A DNA stretch of 64,000 bases, from NCBI GenBank assembly GCA_965215335.1, contig CBDCDA010000001.1, positions 1,760,001-1,824,000 of the forward strand. Reading direction: 5' to 3'. Position numbers and translations under genes: made by a program. The stretch is from an uncultured Candidatus Entotheonella sp. (GTDB taxonomy: Bacteria > Tectomicrobia > Entotheonellia > Entotheonellales > Entotheonellaceae). Below are positions 1 to 10,862 of this stretch, one piece after another. The stretch's first letter is position 1, and every line of letters begins with the position of its first letter. A model generated the notes under the pieces. The model had not been told where the DNA came from, ran no database searches, and worked only from the letters and a program-made list of their open reading frames with translations.

Positions 1-100
1 TGCTGACGGGGAAGCCGCGTTCCTCCAGGATGCGGAGCACTTCCTGCCCAACCAGTCCGGTGGCGCCGACGACGGCCACATGCCAGGCTGGCCTTTCCAT
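1..100 (-). CDS. asd: aspartate-semialdehyde dehydrogenase, N-terminal part (runs off window start)
   Basis: Manual translation from ATG at 100: MERPAWHVAVVGATGLVGQEVLRILEERGFPVS, the typical Asd Rossmann N-terminus; lies directly after leuB. Not in ORF track. Confidence 0.9.
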   Translation of the reverse strand, partial: MERPAWHVAVVGATGLVGQEVLRILEERGFPVS

Positions 101-103
101 GGC

Positions 104-1195
104 CTACCTCACGCTCCCCGCGGCATCGCGCAAGGCGGCGCAGATCAGGTCGCCCATCCGGGCGGTGCCGACCCGCGTGGCACCGGGCCGCGTGACGTCC
201 GCGGTGCGGTAGCCCTGATCGAGGACCGCCGCCACCGCCGCCTCGACGACCTGCGCGGCGCGCGGCTCGTCCAGCGCATACCGCAACATCATGGCCACCG
301 AGTTGATGGTGGCGATCGGATTGGCGATGTCCTGTCCGGCGATGTCGGGGGCGCTGCCGTGCACGGGCTCGAAGACCCCCACCGCGCCGCCGAGGCTGGC
401 GGACGGCAGCATGCCGATGGAGCCGGTCAGCATGGCGGCCGCGTCGCTCAGGATGTCGCCGAACAGGTTGCCGGTGACGATGACGTCGAACTGCCGCGGG
501 TCGCGGATGAGCTGCATGGCACAGTTGTCGACGTACTGGTGTTCGAGCTCGACGTCGTCGTAGCCGCCGGCCAGCTCCGTCACCTCGCGGCGCCACAATA
601 CCGACACGTCGAGCACGTTGGCCTTGTCCACCGAGGTCACCTTGCCGCGGCGCTTGCGGGCCAGATCAAAGGCCAGACGCGCGATGCGGACGATTTCGGC
701 GCTGTTGTAGCGCATGGTGTTGATGCCGCGCTCGCCGCTGGCGTCGGGCTCGATGCCGCGAGGCTGGCCGAAATAAATGCCGCCGACCAGTTCCCGTACG
801 ACCAGCAGGTCGATATCCCGCACCACCTCGGGGCGCAGGCTCGACGCCTCGATGAGGGCGGTGTAGAGCTTGGCCGGGCGCAGATTGGCGAACAGGTCGA
901 GCGCCTGCCGCAGCCGCAGCAGGCCGCGCTCGGGCCGCCTGTCCGGAGGCAGGTCGTCCCACTCGGGGCCGCCGACGGCGCCGAACAGAACCGCCTGGCT
1001 GTCGCGGCACAGTTGCAGGGTCGCTTCAGGCAGCGGGTCGCCGGTCGCGTCAATGGCGCCGCCGCCGACCAGACCCTCCTGCAATTCACAGCGGATGCCG
1101 AAGGGCGCTTCCAGCGCGCGCAAGACCTTGATACCCTGCGCTACGACCTCCGGACCGACACCGTCTCCGGGCAACACTGCGATGCGGTACGTCAT
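104..1195 (-). CDS. leuB: 3-isopropylmalate dehydrogenase
   Basis: [41 protein letters not shown] motifs. Confidence 0.97.
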   Translation of the reverse strand: MTYRIAVLPGDGVGPEVVAQGIKVLRALEAPFGIRCELQEGLVGGGAIDATGDPLPEATLQLCRDSQAVLFGAVGGPEWDDLPPDRRPERGLLRLRQALDLFANLRPAKLYTALIEASSLRPEVVRDIDLLVVRELVGGIYFGQPRGIEPDASGERGINTMRYNSAEIVRIARLAFDLARKRRGKVTSVDKANVLDVSVLWRREVTELAGGYDDVELEHQYVDNCAMQLIRDPRQFDVIVTGNLFGDILSDAAAMLTGSIGMLPSASLGGAVGVFEPVHGSAPDIAGQDIANPIATINSVAMMLRYALDEPRAAQVVEAAVAAVLDQGYRTADVTRPGATRVGTARMGDLICAALRDAAGSVR

Positions 1196-1204
1196 TGTTT
1201 CCGT

Positions 1205-1846
1205 CTACTCCCGCGCCAGGTCCGTTCTGCCGTTCGTCATTGACTTGGCGCGCCTCACGAAGGCCCGGACCTTGGCGGCGTCCTTCGTCCCCGGCGCCGC
1301 CTCCACGCCACTGCACACGTCGACCGCGAAGGGCCGCACGACACGGATGGCAGCCTGGACGTTGTCCGGTGTCAGCCCGCCGGCCAGGATGATGCGCCCG
1401 TAGCCGTGCAGCGACGCCGCCCGGTGCCAATCGGCCTTGACGCCGCCGCCGCCGTAGAGCTCGCCGTGGAAACCCTCGATCAGAAAGGCGTCGACGGGAT
1501 AATCCGGCATCATCTCCGGCTGCAGCCGTTCGGTGAAACGAAAGGTCTTGATGCAGCGCCACGGCAGGCGACGGCACAGGTCGGGGCTTTCATCGCCGTG
1601 CAGCTGCACCCGGCTGACGCCGCTTTGCCGCGCCACCTGCGTGATTGTCTCGAAACGCTCGTTGACGAACACGCCAACGGCCGGCAGGTCTGCCGGCAGG
1701 CTGGCGACGATGGCGCCGGCCCGTTCGGGGGTCACGTAGCGCGGGCTGGGAGGGTAGAAGATCAGGCCGATCAGGTCTGCGCCGGCGTCTGCCGCCACGT
1801 GGGCGTCGGCGATTGAAGTGACGCCGCAGATTTTAACGAGGGTCAT
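1205..1846 (-). CDS. trpF: phosphoribosylanthranilate isomerase
   Basis: VKICGVT, VQLHGDE, ILAGGLTPDNV, VDVCSGVE; start taken at ATG 1846. Confidence 0.95.
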   Translation of the reverse strand: MTLVKICGVTSIADAHVAADAGADLIGLIFYPPSPRYVTPERAGAIVASLPADLPAVGVFVNERFETITQVARQSGVSRVQLHGDESPDLCRRLPWRCIKTFRFTERLQPEMMPDYPVDAFLIEGFHGELYGGGGVKADWHRAASLHGYGRIILAGGLTPDNVQAAIRVVRPFAVDVCSGVEAAPGTKDAAKVRAFVRRAKSMTNGRTDLARE

Positions 1847-2660
1847 GACAGGCACGCCAGGCTGCGGGGCCGACGCCGCGCAGCTGGCCCAGCTTCGCGC
1901 CGGTGTCCGGCGCGCGCATCAGGGATTCACCAACCAGAAACGCCGCTACGCCGCGGGCTTCCAGGCGTTCGACGGTCGCGCGGTCCCGGATGCCGCTCTC
2001 GCTGACCACCCGGTGGCTGGACGGCACCCTGGGCAGAAGTTCCAGGGTCGTTGCCACGTTGGTGTGAAAGGTGTGGAGGTCGCGGTTGTTGATACCGACC
2101 AGGCGGCAGTCGGATGAGAGCGCCTTTTCCAGTTCCGCGGCGGTGTGCACCTCGACGAACGGCTCCAGGCCAAGCTCGCGGCTCAGGGCCGCCAAGTCGG
2201 CCAGAACCGGCACTTCCAGGGCCGCAGCGATCAGCAGCACCGCGTCGGCGCCGTGCAGGCGCGCCTCGTAGATCTGGTATGCGTCGAGGACGAAATCCTT
2301 GCGCAGGAGCGGCAGCGCCACGTGCTGGCGTACGGCCTGCAAGACCGTCAGGTCGCCCTGGAAGAACGGCTTGTCCGTCAGCACCGAGATCGCTGCGGCG
2401 CCGTGGTGGGCGTAGGTGGCGGCGATGGCGAGCGGGTCGAAATCGGCGCGGATGATGCCGGCGGACGGGGAAGCCTTCTTGATTTCGGCGACGATGCGCG
2501 TCCCCCGGCCTTCGCGGGTTTGCAGGGCATTCCAGAAGTCGCGCGGCGGCGGCAGCGCCTCGGCCTGGCGGCGCAGGGTCTCGAACGGCACGACCTGGCG
2601 CGCGCGGGCCACTTCCTGTCGTTTGTTGTCCAGGATGCGTGCTAGGATGTCGGCGACCAT
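1833..2660 (-). CDS. trpC: indole-3-glycerol phosphate synthase
   Basis: IVAEIKKASPS, SVLTD, LRKDF, GINNRDL, VSESGI; real start is ATG 2660 (MVADILARI). Confidence 0.96.
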   Translation of the reverse strand: MVADILARILDNKRQEVARARQVVPFETLRRQAEALPPPRDFWNALQTREGRGTRIVAEIKKASPSAGIIRADFDPLAIAATYAHHGAAAISVLTDKPFFQGDLTVLQAVRQHVALPLLRKDFVLDAYQIYEARLHGADAVLLIAAALEVPVLADLAALSRELGLEPFVEVHTAAELEKALSSDCRLVGINNRDLHTFHTNVATTLELLPRVPSSHRVVSESGIRDRATVERLEARGVAAFLVGESLMRAPDTGAKLGQLRGVGPAAWRACHDPR

Positions 2661-3670
2661 TGTTGGGTAAACTCCCGCAATTGTTCGAGCTTGGCGCGGG
2701 CGCGCCCGCTTTCCAGGGATGCGCGCGCCCTCGGCAGGCAGTCGGCGATGCTCTGGTCGGCCGTGCCGGCGGCGATCGCGGCGGCGGCGTTCAGCAGCAC
2801 GACGTCGAGCTGCGGCGACGCCTCGCCGTCCAGGATGCGGTTCACCAGGTCGGCATTGCAAGCGGCGTCGCCGCCCTGCAGGTCACCAGGAAGGGCGCGC
2901 GCCAGGCCGAAATGTTCCGGTTCTACCTCGTAGGTGTGCACGTGTCCGCTGCGCAGTTCCGAGACCGTTGTGGCGCCGGTTATGGTCAGCTCGTCCAGGC
3001 CGTCGCTGCCGTGCACCACGAAGGCGCGCTCGGCGCCGAGATTGTGCAGCACCGCAGCCAGCACCGGGGTCAGCTTGCCGTCGTACACCCCCACCAGCTG
3101 GTGCCGCGCGTGGGCCGGATTGGTCAGGGGACCGAGAATGTTGAAGATCGTCCGCACGCCGATCTCGCGGCGCGGGCCGATGGCGTGCCGCATCGCCCCG
3201 TGCAGCGCCGGGGCGAAGAGAAAGCCGATGCCCACCGCGGCGATGGCCGCCTCCACGCCGGCGGGCTCAAGCGACACGTCGACGCCCAGCGCCTCCAGTA
3301 CGTCGGCGCTGCCGCACTTGCTGGAAGCGGCCCGGTTGCCGTGCTTGGCCATGACCACCCCGGCACCCGCGGCCACGAACGCCGCCGCCGTCGAGATGTT
3401 GAACGTGCCCGCAGAATCACCGCCCGTGCCTGCGGTGTCCACTGGCGCGCTGCCCGGCGGCGTGCGGATGAACGTTGCCTTGTCCCGCATCACCCGCGCG
3501 CAGCCGGTGATCTCCGCGACGCTCTCGCCCTTCACCCGCAGGCCGATCAGAAAGGCGCCTATCTGCGCCGGCGTCGCCGCCCCTTCCATGATTTCGGTCA
3601 TCACGCCCGTGGCTTCGGCTTCGGCGAGATGCCTCCCCCCGACGACCGCCTGGATGCCTTCTCTCATCAT
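2642..3670 (-). CDS. trpD: anthranilate phosphoribosyltransferase
   Basis: DTAGTGGD, FNIST, KHGNRAASSKCGSAD, RTIFNILGPLTNP; start about 3670/3667. Confidence 0.96.
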   Translation of the reverse strand: MMREGIQAVVGGRHLAEAEATGVMTEIMEGAATPAQIGAFLIGLRVKGESVAEITGCARVMRDKATFIRTPPGSAPVDTAGTGGDSAGTFNISTAAAFVAAGAGVVMAKHGNRAASSKCGSADVLEALGVDVSLEPAGVEAAIAAVGIGFLFAPALHGAMRHAIGPRREIGVRTIFNILGPLTNPAHARHQLVGVYDGKLTPVLAAVLHNLGAERAFVVHGSDGLDELTITGATTVSELRSGHVHTYEVEPEHFGLARALPGDLQGGDAACNADLVNRILDGEASPQLDVVLLNAAAAIAAGTADQSIADCLPRARASLESGRARAKLEQLREFTQQWSPTS

Positions 3671-3861
3671 GGCTGATTTCCTGCGCGTGACCTCACTACC
3701 CGTGTCTGTCCCATGGGCGGCGACCTTATCACACGACCCGGCAAAAGGCAAAACGCATGGCGGGGTCGAGGCCGTTGTTCCCCTGGCGCTCGCGTGCTAG
3801 ATTCGAACTTGGCCGATCGACCCTCACGGCTTCCTGAACCCGACTTGAAAGGTTCGCGCGC

Positions 3862-4833
3862 TTGCGAATGGGCCTCACCTACGACCTGCGGACGGATTAC
3901 CTTGCTGCCGGATACACCCTGGAGGACACCGCGGAGTTCGACAGCGTGGAAACGGTCGAGGCGATCGAACGGGCGCTTCGGGGCATGGGCCACGAGACGG
4001 AACGCATCGGTCCTGTCGGTCGGTTGCGGGCGCGACTGGCGGACGGCGCGCGGTGGGGGATGGTCTTCAATATCGCCGAAGGCCTGTGGGGCGTGGACCG
4101 GGAGGCGCGGATTCCGGCTCTGCTCGAGGGATGCGGCGTGCCGTACACGTTTTCCGACTCGCGGGCGCTGACGGCCGGGTTGGACAAAGGCATGAGCAAG
4201 CGGTTGGTGCGGGACGCGGGGGTGCGGACGGCGGATTTCGAGGTCGTGGCGAGCTTGGAAGACGTCGAGCGGTGCGGGCTGCCGCTGCCGTTGTTCGTCA
4301 AGCCGGTCGCCGAGGGTTCGAGCAAGGGGATCACGGCGGCAAACGTGGTTGCTGGCCGGCAGATGCTGTTGCGTCGGTGTGGCGCATTGCTCGCCAGGTG
4401 CCGGCAGCCGGTGCTTGTGGAGACGTATCTGCCGGGGCGGGAATTCACGGTCGGCGTCGTGGGAACGGGCGAGCGCGCCGAGGTGCTGGGGGTGATGGAG
4501 GTACTGTGCGGCGATGATGCCGAGCCGGGTGGTTATTCCTACGCCAACAAGGTCAACTTCCAGACGTGCGTGCGGTACGAATTGGCGACGGATGAAACGG
4601 CGCGGCGAGCCGGGGCGATGGCGCTGCGGGTGTGGCGCTGCCTGGGATGCCGGGACGCCGGGCGGGTGGATCTGCGCTGCGACGCGCGCGGCGAGCCGCA
4701 TTTTCTGGAGGTCAACCCACTGGCGGGGCTGCATCCGCGGCACTCGGACCTGCCCATCTTGTGCCGCTTGTCGGGGATTGGGTACGAAGCGCTGATCGAT
4801 GCGATCGTGGCGTCCGCGTGCCGGCGCGTCTGA
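3862..4833 (+). CDS. D-alanine--D-alanine ligase-like ATP-grasp protein
   Basis: FNIAEG, VKPVAEGSSKGI, ETYLPGREFTVG, GRVDLR, LEVNPLAGL; N-terminus GLTYDLR..AEFD resembles the subfamily usually found with KamA radical SAM genes. Confidence 0.85.
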   Translation: MRMGLTYDLRTDYLAAGYTLEDTAEFDSVETVEAIERALRGMGHETERIGPVGRLRARLADGARWGMVFNIAEGLWGVDREARIPALLEGCGVPYTFSDSRALTAGLDKGMSKRLVRDAGVRTADFEVVASLEDVERCGLPLPLFVKPVAEGSSKGITAANVVAGRQMLLRRCGALLARCRQPVLVETYLPGREFTVGVVGTGERAEVLGVMEVLCGDDAEPGGYSYANKVNFQTCVRYELATDETARRAGAMALRVWRCLGCRDAGRVDLRCDARGEPHFLEVNPLAGLHPRHSDLPILCRLSGIGYEALIDAIVASACRRV

Positions 4834-4837
4834 CCGC

Positions 4838-5713
4838 TCACCGTCCTGCGGTCGGCGTAAAGGGCGACCTTGTCAGCGGGACGTTGCGGGCGGCGTCCTT
4901 GGCACGCAGATACCTGACGGAGCCGGCCACCCGCAGAAGGGCTTGGCGGTCGATGTCGCCGACCATGGCATAGGTGACGCCAGCGCGCTGCCACAAGATA
5001 ACCGGGCGTCCGGCGACATGCTGCACATAGAACCTGCCGGCCTCGGTCGGTGTCATGCGTCGGTCGGGAAGCGACAAGGCGGCATCGCGGAAAGCGAACA
5101 CCAGCAGGTCAGAATCCGCGTGCCGGTATTTCATCGCCAGGCCCTTGCGGTCCCGCAGTCGGCACAGACGGCCCCCCACCAGCTGCGCGGCCTTGTCGGT
5201 AATGCAGGGCACGTGCAAGGGATGGCCGAACACGTCGTTGGCCCAACGTGCGAGCTGGACATCGTCACTCGTCTTGACCTCCATGGGCACATCCTGGTCC
5301 AGGTACGTGTGGTATGCCATGGCCGTCTCGCGCACGAACTTGCGCGCCGTGTCCTGCCTGCTCAGCAAGTCGCGCACCGGGCTCAGGAATACCAGCAGAA
5401 CGGCCGCGGCCAGCGCCACGCCAAGGCCGACGTCCCGCCACTGCACCGCTTCGCGCAGCGTCGCCCACTGCGGCCAGCGATGCCTGCGCGGTTGCATGGC
5501 GCGCCGGATCAGCCGCCGTTTTTCCGCCTGCGGCAGGGACGCCGTGGCAGCCTGCTGGCGGACCACGGTCCGCACGGCGCGCTCGGCTGCAACCAGACCG
5601 GTGCACTCCGGGCATTCTTGCAGGTGCTCCTGCACGTCCAGGCTTTCCTTTACCCCCAGCGCCTGGTCGAGAAAAAACGCCAGATATTTCCTACATTGTT
5701 CACAGGACGACAT
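4838..5713 (-). CDS. membrane anti-sigma factor with zinc-binding (zf-HC2/ZAS) domain
   Basis: HLQECPEC (HxxxCxxC), one hydrophobic TM segment, directly downstream of the ECF sigma gene. Confidence 0.85.
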   Translation of the reverse strand: MSSCEQCRKYLAFFLDQALGVKESLDVQEHLQECPECTGLVAAERAVRTVVRQQAATASLPQAEKRRLIRRAMQPRRHRWPQWATLREAVQWRDVGLGVALAAAVLLVFLSPVRDLLSRQDTARKFVRETAMAYHTYLDQDVPMEVKTSDDVQLARWANDVFGHPLHVPCITDKAAQLVGGRLCRLRDRKGLAMKYRHADSDLLVFAFRDAALSLPDRRMTPTEAGRFYVQHVAGRPVILWQRAGVTYAMVGDIDRQALLRVAGSVRYLRAKDAARNVPLTRSPFTPTAGR

Positions 5714-5716
5714 GGC

Positions 5717-6289
5717 TCATTCCTTAACGTATCCGTTCTTGCGCGCGAACTCCGCGAGACTCTTTCGCAACAACCGTCGCCCGCGAAACAGGCGGCTCAT
5801 CACCGTCCCTTCCGGGCAGTCGACGATGGCGGCGATTTCCTTGTACGAGAATTCGGCCATATCGGCCAACAAGACGACCATGCGGTAGACCTCGGGCAGC
5901 GCGTCCAAGGCGCGTTTGACGTCGTCCTGAACGACGTGCCGCAGCACCTCTTCGAGGGAGGCTTGATCGGTCCATTCGGGGAAGAGGGTCGGGTCGGCAT
6001 AGAAGGGCTCGACACGTTCGAAATCCGTCTGCTCCTGCTGTCGCGAGGCTTTTCGATACGTATTGATGTGTGTGTTCCGCAGAATCGTGAACAACCACGC
6101 CTTGATATTTGTTCCAGGCTCGAAACGATCAAAGAAGCGATACGCCTTGAGGTAGGTTTCCTGCACCAGATCCTGGGCCTCGTGGACGTCGCGGGTCAGG
6201 CGCATGGCGGTGCTGTAGAGCACGTCGAAGTGCTCGAGGGCGACGGCCTCGAATTCCTCTTTACGGCTTATGGCATCTCGTTCGGCCAC
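5717..6289 (-). CDS. ECF (sigma-70 group 4) RNA polymerase sigma factor
   Basis: AQDLVQETYLKAYR, KAWLFTILRN, SYKEIA...GTVMSRLFRGR; GTG start at 6289 after GAAGAGGA. Confidence 0.93.
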   Translation of the reverse strand: MAERDAISRKEEFEAVALEHFDVLYSTAMRLTRDVHEAQDLVQETYLKAYRFFDRFEPGTNIKAWLFTILRNTHINTYRKASRQQEQTDFERVEPFYADPTLFPEWTDQASLEEVLRHVVQDDVKRALDALPEVYRMVVLLADMAEFSYKEIAAIVDCPEGTVMSRLFRGRRLLRKSLAEFARKNGYVKE

Positions 6290-6456
6290 GGCTGTCCTCT
6301 TCAGCCTGCACATGCAGCATCGACAGGTGGAGACAGGGGTATGACGCATGCCGCGATAAAGAGATCAATACGGCTCCCGGCAAATATAGCACGATGGACA
6401 GGCGTGCAGGTGGGCGAGAGCCTGTTCATTCTTGCCAGCGGGTGCGGTACGAGGCA

Positions 6457-8496
6457 TCAGGATGCGCCGAGACGGCTGAGGGCGCGCTCGGCACCGCGGC
6501 GCACCTGCGGGTTATCGTCATTCAGCAGATCATGAAGCGCCGGTACGGCGCGACCGTCCGCCAGTCGGCCGAGGGCCAGGGCTGCGCTCTCGCGCAGCAG
6601 CGGGTAGCTCTCGCGCAGGGCCGCGATGAGGTGCGGCACGGCACGGCGGTCGGCTTGATTCCCCAGCGCCGCGGCGGCGATGCGACCCACTTCGTTGTCC
6701 GCGTCGGTCAGCATGGGAACCAGCGCGTCTACCACGGCGGCCCCGTTCAGGTCGCCGAGGGCGCGGGTGGCGATCCAGCGCACGTCGCTGTTGCCATCGG
6801 CCAATGCCTCGATCAGCACCGCAACCGTTTGCGGCAGGGCGAGGTCGGCCAGCGATTGCACCGCGGCGCTACGAACCCTTCCCTCGGCGTCGCGCAGCAT
6901 GAAGCGCACAAGCGCTACCGCCAACGGAGACAAAAAGCCACCCAGGGCGACGGCCATGCGTTGCCGTTCGACAACTCCGCAAGTCGCCAGCAGGCGGCGA
7001 AAGGGCGCCAGTAGCGCGAGATTCCACAGGCCGTCATCGGTCTGTGCAACCGCATCCACGAGCCCGGCCAGGGCGGGAAGTCGGGCGCGCTGACCTTCGT
7101 GCACGTGCGAAAGAACAGCGCCGCCGAGACGCCAGGCCCGCGCTCGTTGCCGACGGGAAATTGGATCGGGATGCAGGAACGCCTGCAACGCTGCCTGGAT
7201 GCCCGTATGGCCCGTCGTGTATCGCATGCTGTACGGCTCGTGGCGCAGCAGACCATAGTGCACACCTTGCCCCAACAACGCTTCGATGCCGGCGCGCAGG
7301 GCGGTGGCATCGGGCGACGCGGCGTCATCGGCACAACGGATCATGAACGCCTCGACACCAACCTGCTTGCCCGGCGGCAGGAACGCCCAGGCTTCCAGAA
7401 GCTCATTCCATAACGCCGCGGTGCCAGGATGCTCGCGGGCAATGCGCCGCACGATGCGGCCTACAAGGGCGTCCGTGTCGTCCCGAACGAGGTCGCGCAG
7501 CGTTTGCGGCGCGCCGCCTTCAGCCGCCGCTGCCGCGGCGAGAAAAAGCCAAGACGGTGAACGGGCGTCGTGCGCCTCGTCCAGCGCCTCCCGCCAGGGG
7601 GTCCGGATGGCGCTCGGCAGGCGGCGCGTCAACTGCTGGCGCAGACGTTTCTGCTCCTCGTCGGCCAGAGGCTCGAGGGCACAGGTCGTCAGCACGGTCT
7701 CTGTCGACAACGCTTGTCGAACGGGTTCTATGGCCTCGGCGGGCCCGGCCCACACGACCAACACCGGCATGCGGGCCCGATTCAGTGCCTCGGCGAAAGC
7801 CGGCCAGGCCGCATGGACAGGCTCGGCCTGTACCGCGTCCGCCGGCAAAGCCTGCGCCTCATCCACCTGGTCGATGACCACAACCAGCACCGCCTTGCCC
7901 GCTTCGATGCGATCGCGCAGCGGTCCGATCAGGTCCGCCCAGCACTGTTGCGGGTCCCGCGCTGCCCCCTCGTCCGTGCGGTCCAGCTTTGCCCGGACCG
8001 CTGCTGCGCCAACCGCCCAGGGGTGCTGCCGCACCCGCGCCAAGAGGCTCGCCAGCGGCGCTGGCTGGGCCCTGTCCGTCCCGGCGATCATGCGGGCGAA
8101 GTCGGCATCACCCCAGTTCAGCCCCTTCAGGCTGCGCAGGCGCCGGGTATCGCGGTACACCGTCTGCATGATTTGCCGGCTTCTCGTCCGCAAGCCGGCG
8201 AGCAGTGCGGCGAACACCTCCTGTGCCAGCAGACAATCCGCCGCATTCACCGGCACCAGCAGCACCTCGGACGACTGGCAGCACCGCGCCATGAATTCTT
8301 CCAGCAGCGCCGATTTGCCGCTTCCCGCCGGCCCCTCCAGCACCACGAACGCCTGCCCGCCCTCGGTTGCCTGTCGCAGGCGGGCGGCCAGCGTGCTCAG
8401 CACGGCTTCCTGACCGATAAACGGCACCCGCAGCAGCGGCTTGTAGCGCGTGCGGCGGCCTCTTGCCAGCAAGCTTTGCAGCCAGGGCAGGCGCAT
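6457..8496 (-). CDS. P-loop (AAA/STAND-like) ATPase with C-terminal HEAT/PBS-lyase repeats
   Basis: Walker A GPAGSGKS, Walker B-like VVVIDQVD, about five C-terminal repeats of the type L.D....VR..A..ALG. Confidence 0.75.
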   Translation of the reverse strand: MRLPWLQSLLARGRRTRYKPLLRVPFIGQEAVLSTLAARLRQATEGGQAFVVLEGPAGSGKSALLEEFMARCCQSSEVLLVPVNAADCLLAQEVFAALLAGLRTRSRQIMQTVYRDTRRLRSLKGLNWGDADFARMIAGTDRAQPAPLASLLARVRQHPWAVGAAAVRAKLDRTDEGAARDPQQCWADLIGPLRDRIEAGKAVLVVVIDQVDEAQALPADAVQAEPVHAAWPAFAEALNRARMPVLVVWAGPAEAIEPVRQALSTETVLTTCALEPLADEEQKRLRQQLTRRLPSAIRTPWREALDEAHDARSPSWLFLAAAAAAEGGAPQTLRDLVRDDTDALVGRIVRRIAREHPGTAALWNELLEAWAFLPPGKQVGVEAFMIRCADDAASPDATALRAGIEALLGQGVHYGLLRHEPYSMRYTTGHTGIQAALQAFLHPDPISRRQRARAWRLGGAVLSHVHEGQRARLPALAGLVDAVAQTDDGLWNLALLAPFRRLLATCGVVERQRMAVALGGFLSPLAVALVRFMLRDAEGRVRSAAVQSLADLALPQTVAVLIEALADGNSDVRWIATRALGDLNGAAVVDALVPMLTDADNEVGRIAAAALGNQADRRAVPHLIAALRESYPLLRESAALALGRLADGRAVPALHDLLNDDNPQVRRGAERALSRLGAS

Positions 8497-8561
8497 GGCG
8501 GCACCTCGTGGAAGGGCGGAAAGTGACGGGCCGACGAAAGCGGTTTCCGCCGGCGCGGGCG

Positions 8562-9020
8562 TTATACGGGAGGCCTGGAAACGGGGTCGGAGGCAACGGC
8601 CGGCGTGTCTTCAGGCGGCACGACCTGATTCTTGATGCGATCAAGAATGCCGTTGATGAAAGACGGCGCGTCGTCGTCGCCGTAGCGTTTGGCCACCTCG
8701 ATGGCCTCGTTGAGGGTCACGTTGGGGGGAATTTCCGGCATGAACAGGAGTTCGCAGATGGCAAACCGCAGGATGTTGCGCTCCACCAGGCCGATACGCT
8801 CGAGTGACCAGTTGGCGCTCCATTCCCGGATGAGGGCGTCGATCTCGTCCCGGCTGGCGATCACACTGCGCAGCAGGGCACCGGTGAATTCCCGCGTGCG
8901 CGCCGCCGTGAGGGCGTGCGCCCAGGAACTGGCCAGCACCTCCTCCACGTCCGCGTGGGTAATCTCGACCGCGTACAGGAGTTGCAGGGCCGCCTCGCGC
9001 CCTCGGCGTCGTGTCGCCAT
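8562..9020 (-). CDS. nusB: transcription antitermination factor NusB
   Basis: RRRGREAALQLLY, VERNILR, NEAIEVAKRYG, FINGILD; follows ribH. Confidence 0.96.
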   Translation of the reverse strand: MATRRRGREAALQLLYAVEITHADVEEVLASSWAHALTAARTREFTGALLRSVIASRDEIDALIREWSANWSLERIGLVERNILRFAICELLFMPEIPPNVTLNEAIEVAKRYGDDDAPSFINGILDRIKNQVVPPEDTPAVASDPVSRPPV

Positions 9021-9055
9021 GTCGGGACTCCGTTGCTCGCTGCGCTCGCAGCGGA

Positions 9056-9556
9056 TCAGCTCATACGCTCGCTGCCGCTCGCCGTGGCGTGCAGCCGGCG
9101 ATACAGATTCGCCATTTCCATGGCCGAAACGGCTGCCTCCCACCCTTTATTCCCCGCCTTGCTGCCGGCACGCTCGATCGCCTGCTCCAGCGTATCGGTG
9201 GTCAGGACTCCGAAACTCACCGGCACGCCGCTGTTCAGGGCTGCGCCGGCAATGCCGTTGGCCGCGATCGCGGCGATGTAGTCAAAATGCGGGGTGGCGC
9301 CGCGGATCAGCGTGCCGAGGCAAATGACGGCGTCGCCGGCGCGCCCGCTGTCGACCAGTTTGCGTGCCATCAGGGGCACCTCGAACGACCCCGGCACCCG
9401 GTACACCGTGATCGCGTCGTCGCTGGCGCCATGCCGCGCCAGGGCGTCCACGGCACCGTCCAGCAGGCGTTCGGTGATGAATTCGTTAAACCGGCTGACG
9501 ATGATGGCAAACTCCAGGCTGGCGGCGGACAGGTGGCCTTCGACAAAACGGGGCAT
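9056..9556 (-). CDS. ribH: 6,7-dimethyl-8-ribityllumazine synthase
   Basis: [36 protein letters not shown]. Confidence 0.97.
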   Translation of the reverse strand: MPRFVEGHLSAASLEFAIIVSRFNEFITERLLDGAVDALARHGASDDAITVYRVPGSFEVPLMARKLVDSGRAGDAVICLGTLIRGATPHFDYIAAIAANGIAGAALNSGVPVSFGVLTTDTLEQAIERAGSKAGNKGWEAAVSAMEMANLYRRLHATASGSERMS

Positions 9557-9629
9557 GGCAATTTCCTTCTCCTTGGCCGTCACACGCGCCGCCGCCGGCG
9601 GCGCTAGAGGTACCACCCTCCTGCTTCTC

Positions 9630-10862
9630 CTAAGGCTCCACTTCGTCCACGGCATCGAAAATGTGCCCCAGCTTCTCATGCTTGGTGCGCAGGTACTCGG
9701 CGTTGTGCTTGCCGGGGCGCACCTGAATCGGCACACGCTCGGCCACCTGCAGGCCAAATCCTTCCAGCGCCACCACCTTGCGCGGGTTGTTGGTCAGCAG
9801 ACGCATGCGCCGCACCCCGAGGCGCACCAGAATCTGGGCGCCGGTGCCGTATTCCCGCAGGTCAGCCTTGAAACCGAGGTCTTCGTTGGCCTGCACGGTG
9901 TCGAGACCGCTGTCCTGCAGGGCATAGGCGCGGAGCTTGTTGGCCAGGCCGATGCCGCGGCCCTCCTGGTTGAGATACAGCAGCACACCCTGTCCTGCCT
10001 CGGCAATGAGGCGCAGGGCGCGCTTGAGCTGGGCGCCGCAGTCGCAACGGGACGAGCCGAAGACGTCACCAGTCAGACAGGAGGAATGGATGCGCACCAG
10101 CACGGGTTGCGCCGGGTCGATCTCGCCCTTGACCAGCGCCACGTGCTGTTCCTTGGTGATTTCGTGCTCGAAGATGAGGGCGCGGAACTCGCCGACGTGC
10201 AGCGGCAGGCGGGTTTCGGCCACGGCACGCACCAGCACCTCGCGCTGCATGCGGTAGTGGATCAGGTCCTTGATGGTAACGATCCTGAGCCCGAAGCGCT
10301 CGGCGTAGTCCATCAGTTGCGGCACCCGCGCCATGCTGCCGTCGTCGTGCACGATCTCGCAGATGACGCCCGCCGGCGCCAGGCCGGCCAGACGCGCCAG
10401 ATCGACGGAGCCCTCGGTCTGCCCGGCGCGCTCCAGGACACCGCCGGCGCGGGCGCGCAGAGGGAATATGTGACCGGGGCGCACAAGGTCTTCGGGCTTG
10501 GTCTTGGGATTGACGGCGGTGAGAATGGTGGTGGCGCGGTCGGCGGCGGAAATGCCGGTGGTGACGCCGCGGCGGGCTTCAATGGATATCGTAAACGCGG
10601 TGCCGAAGAGCGACGTGTTCTCGATATCTTCGACCATTTGCGGCACCTGCAACTCGGCCAGGCGTTCCGGAGTCAGCGACAGGCAGATCAGCCCACGCCC
10701 GTGGGTGGCCATGAAATTGATGGCCTCGGGCGTCACCTTCTCCGCCGCCATGGTCAGGTCGCCCTCGTTCTCGCGGTCTTCATCGTCGACCAGGATGACC
10801 ATGCGGCCCTGCCGCATGTCCTCCAAGGCTTCCTCGATGGTGTGAAAATGCCACTCCGTCAC
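9630..10862 (-). CDS. ribBA: bifunctional DHBP synthase / GTP cyclohydrolase II
   Basis: [44 protein letters not shown] start 10862. Confidence 0.96.
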   Translation of the reverse strand: MTEWHFHTIEEALEDMRQGRMVILVDDEDRENEGDLTMAAEKVTPEAINFMATHGRGLICLSLTPERLAELQVPQMVEDIENTSLFGTAFTISIEARRGVTTGISAADRATTILTAVNPKTKPEDLVRPGHIFPLRARAGGVLERAGQTEGSVDLARLAGLAPAGVICEIVHDDGSMARVPQLMDYAERFGLRIVTIKDLIHYRMQREVLVRAVAETRLPLHVGEFRALIFEHEITKEQHVALVKGEIDPAQPVLVRIHSSCLTGDVFGSSRCDCGAQLKRALRLIAEAGQGVLLYLNQEGRGIGLANKLRAYALQDSGLDTVQANEDLGFKADLREYGTGAQILVRLGVRRMRLLTNNPRKVVALEGFGLQVAERVPIQVRPGKHNAEYLRTKHEKLGHIFDAVDEVEP

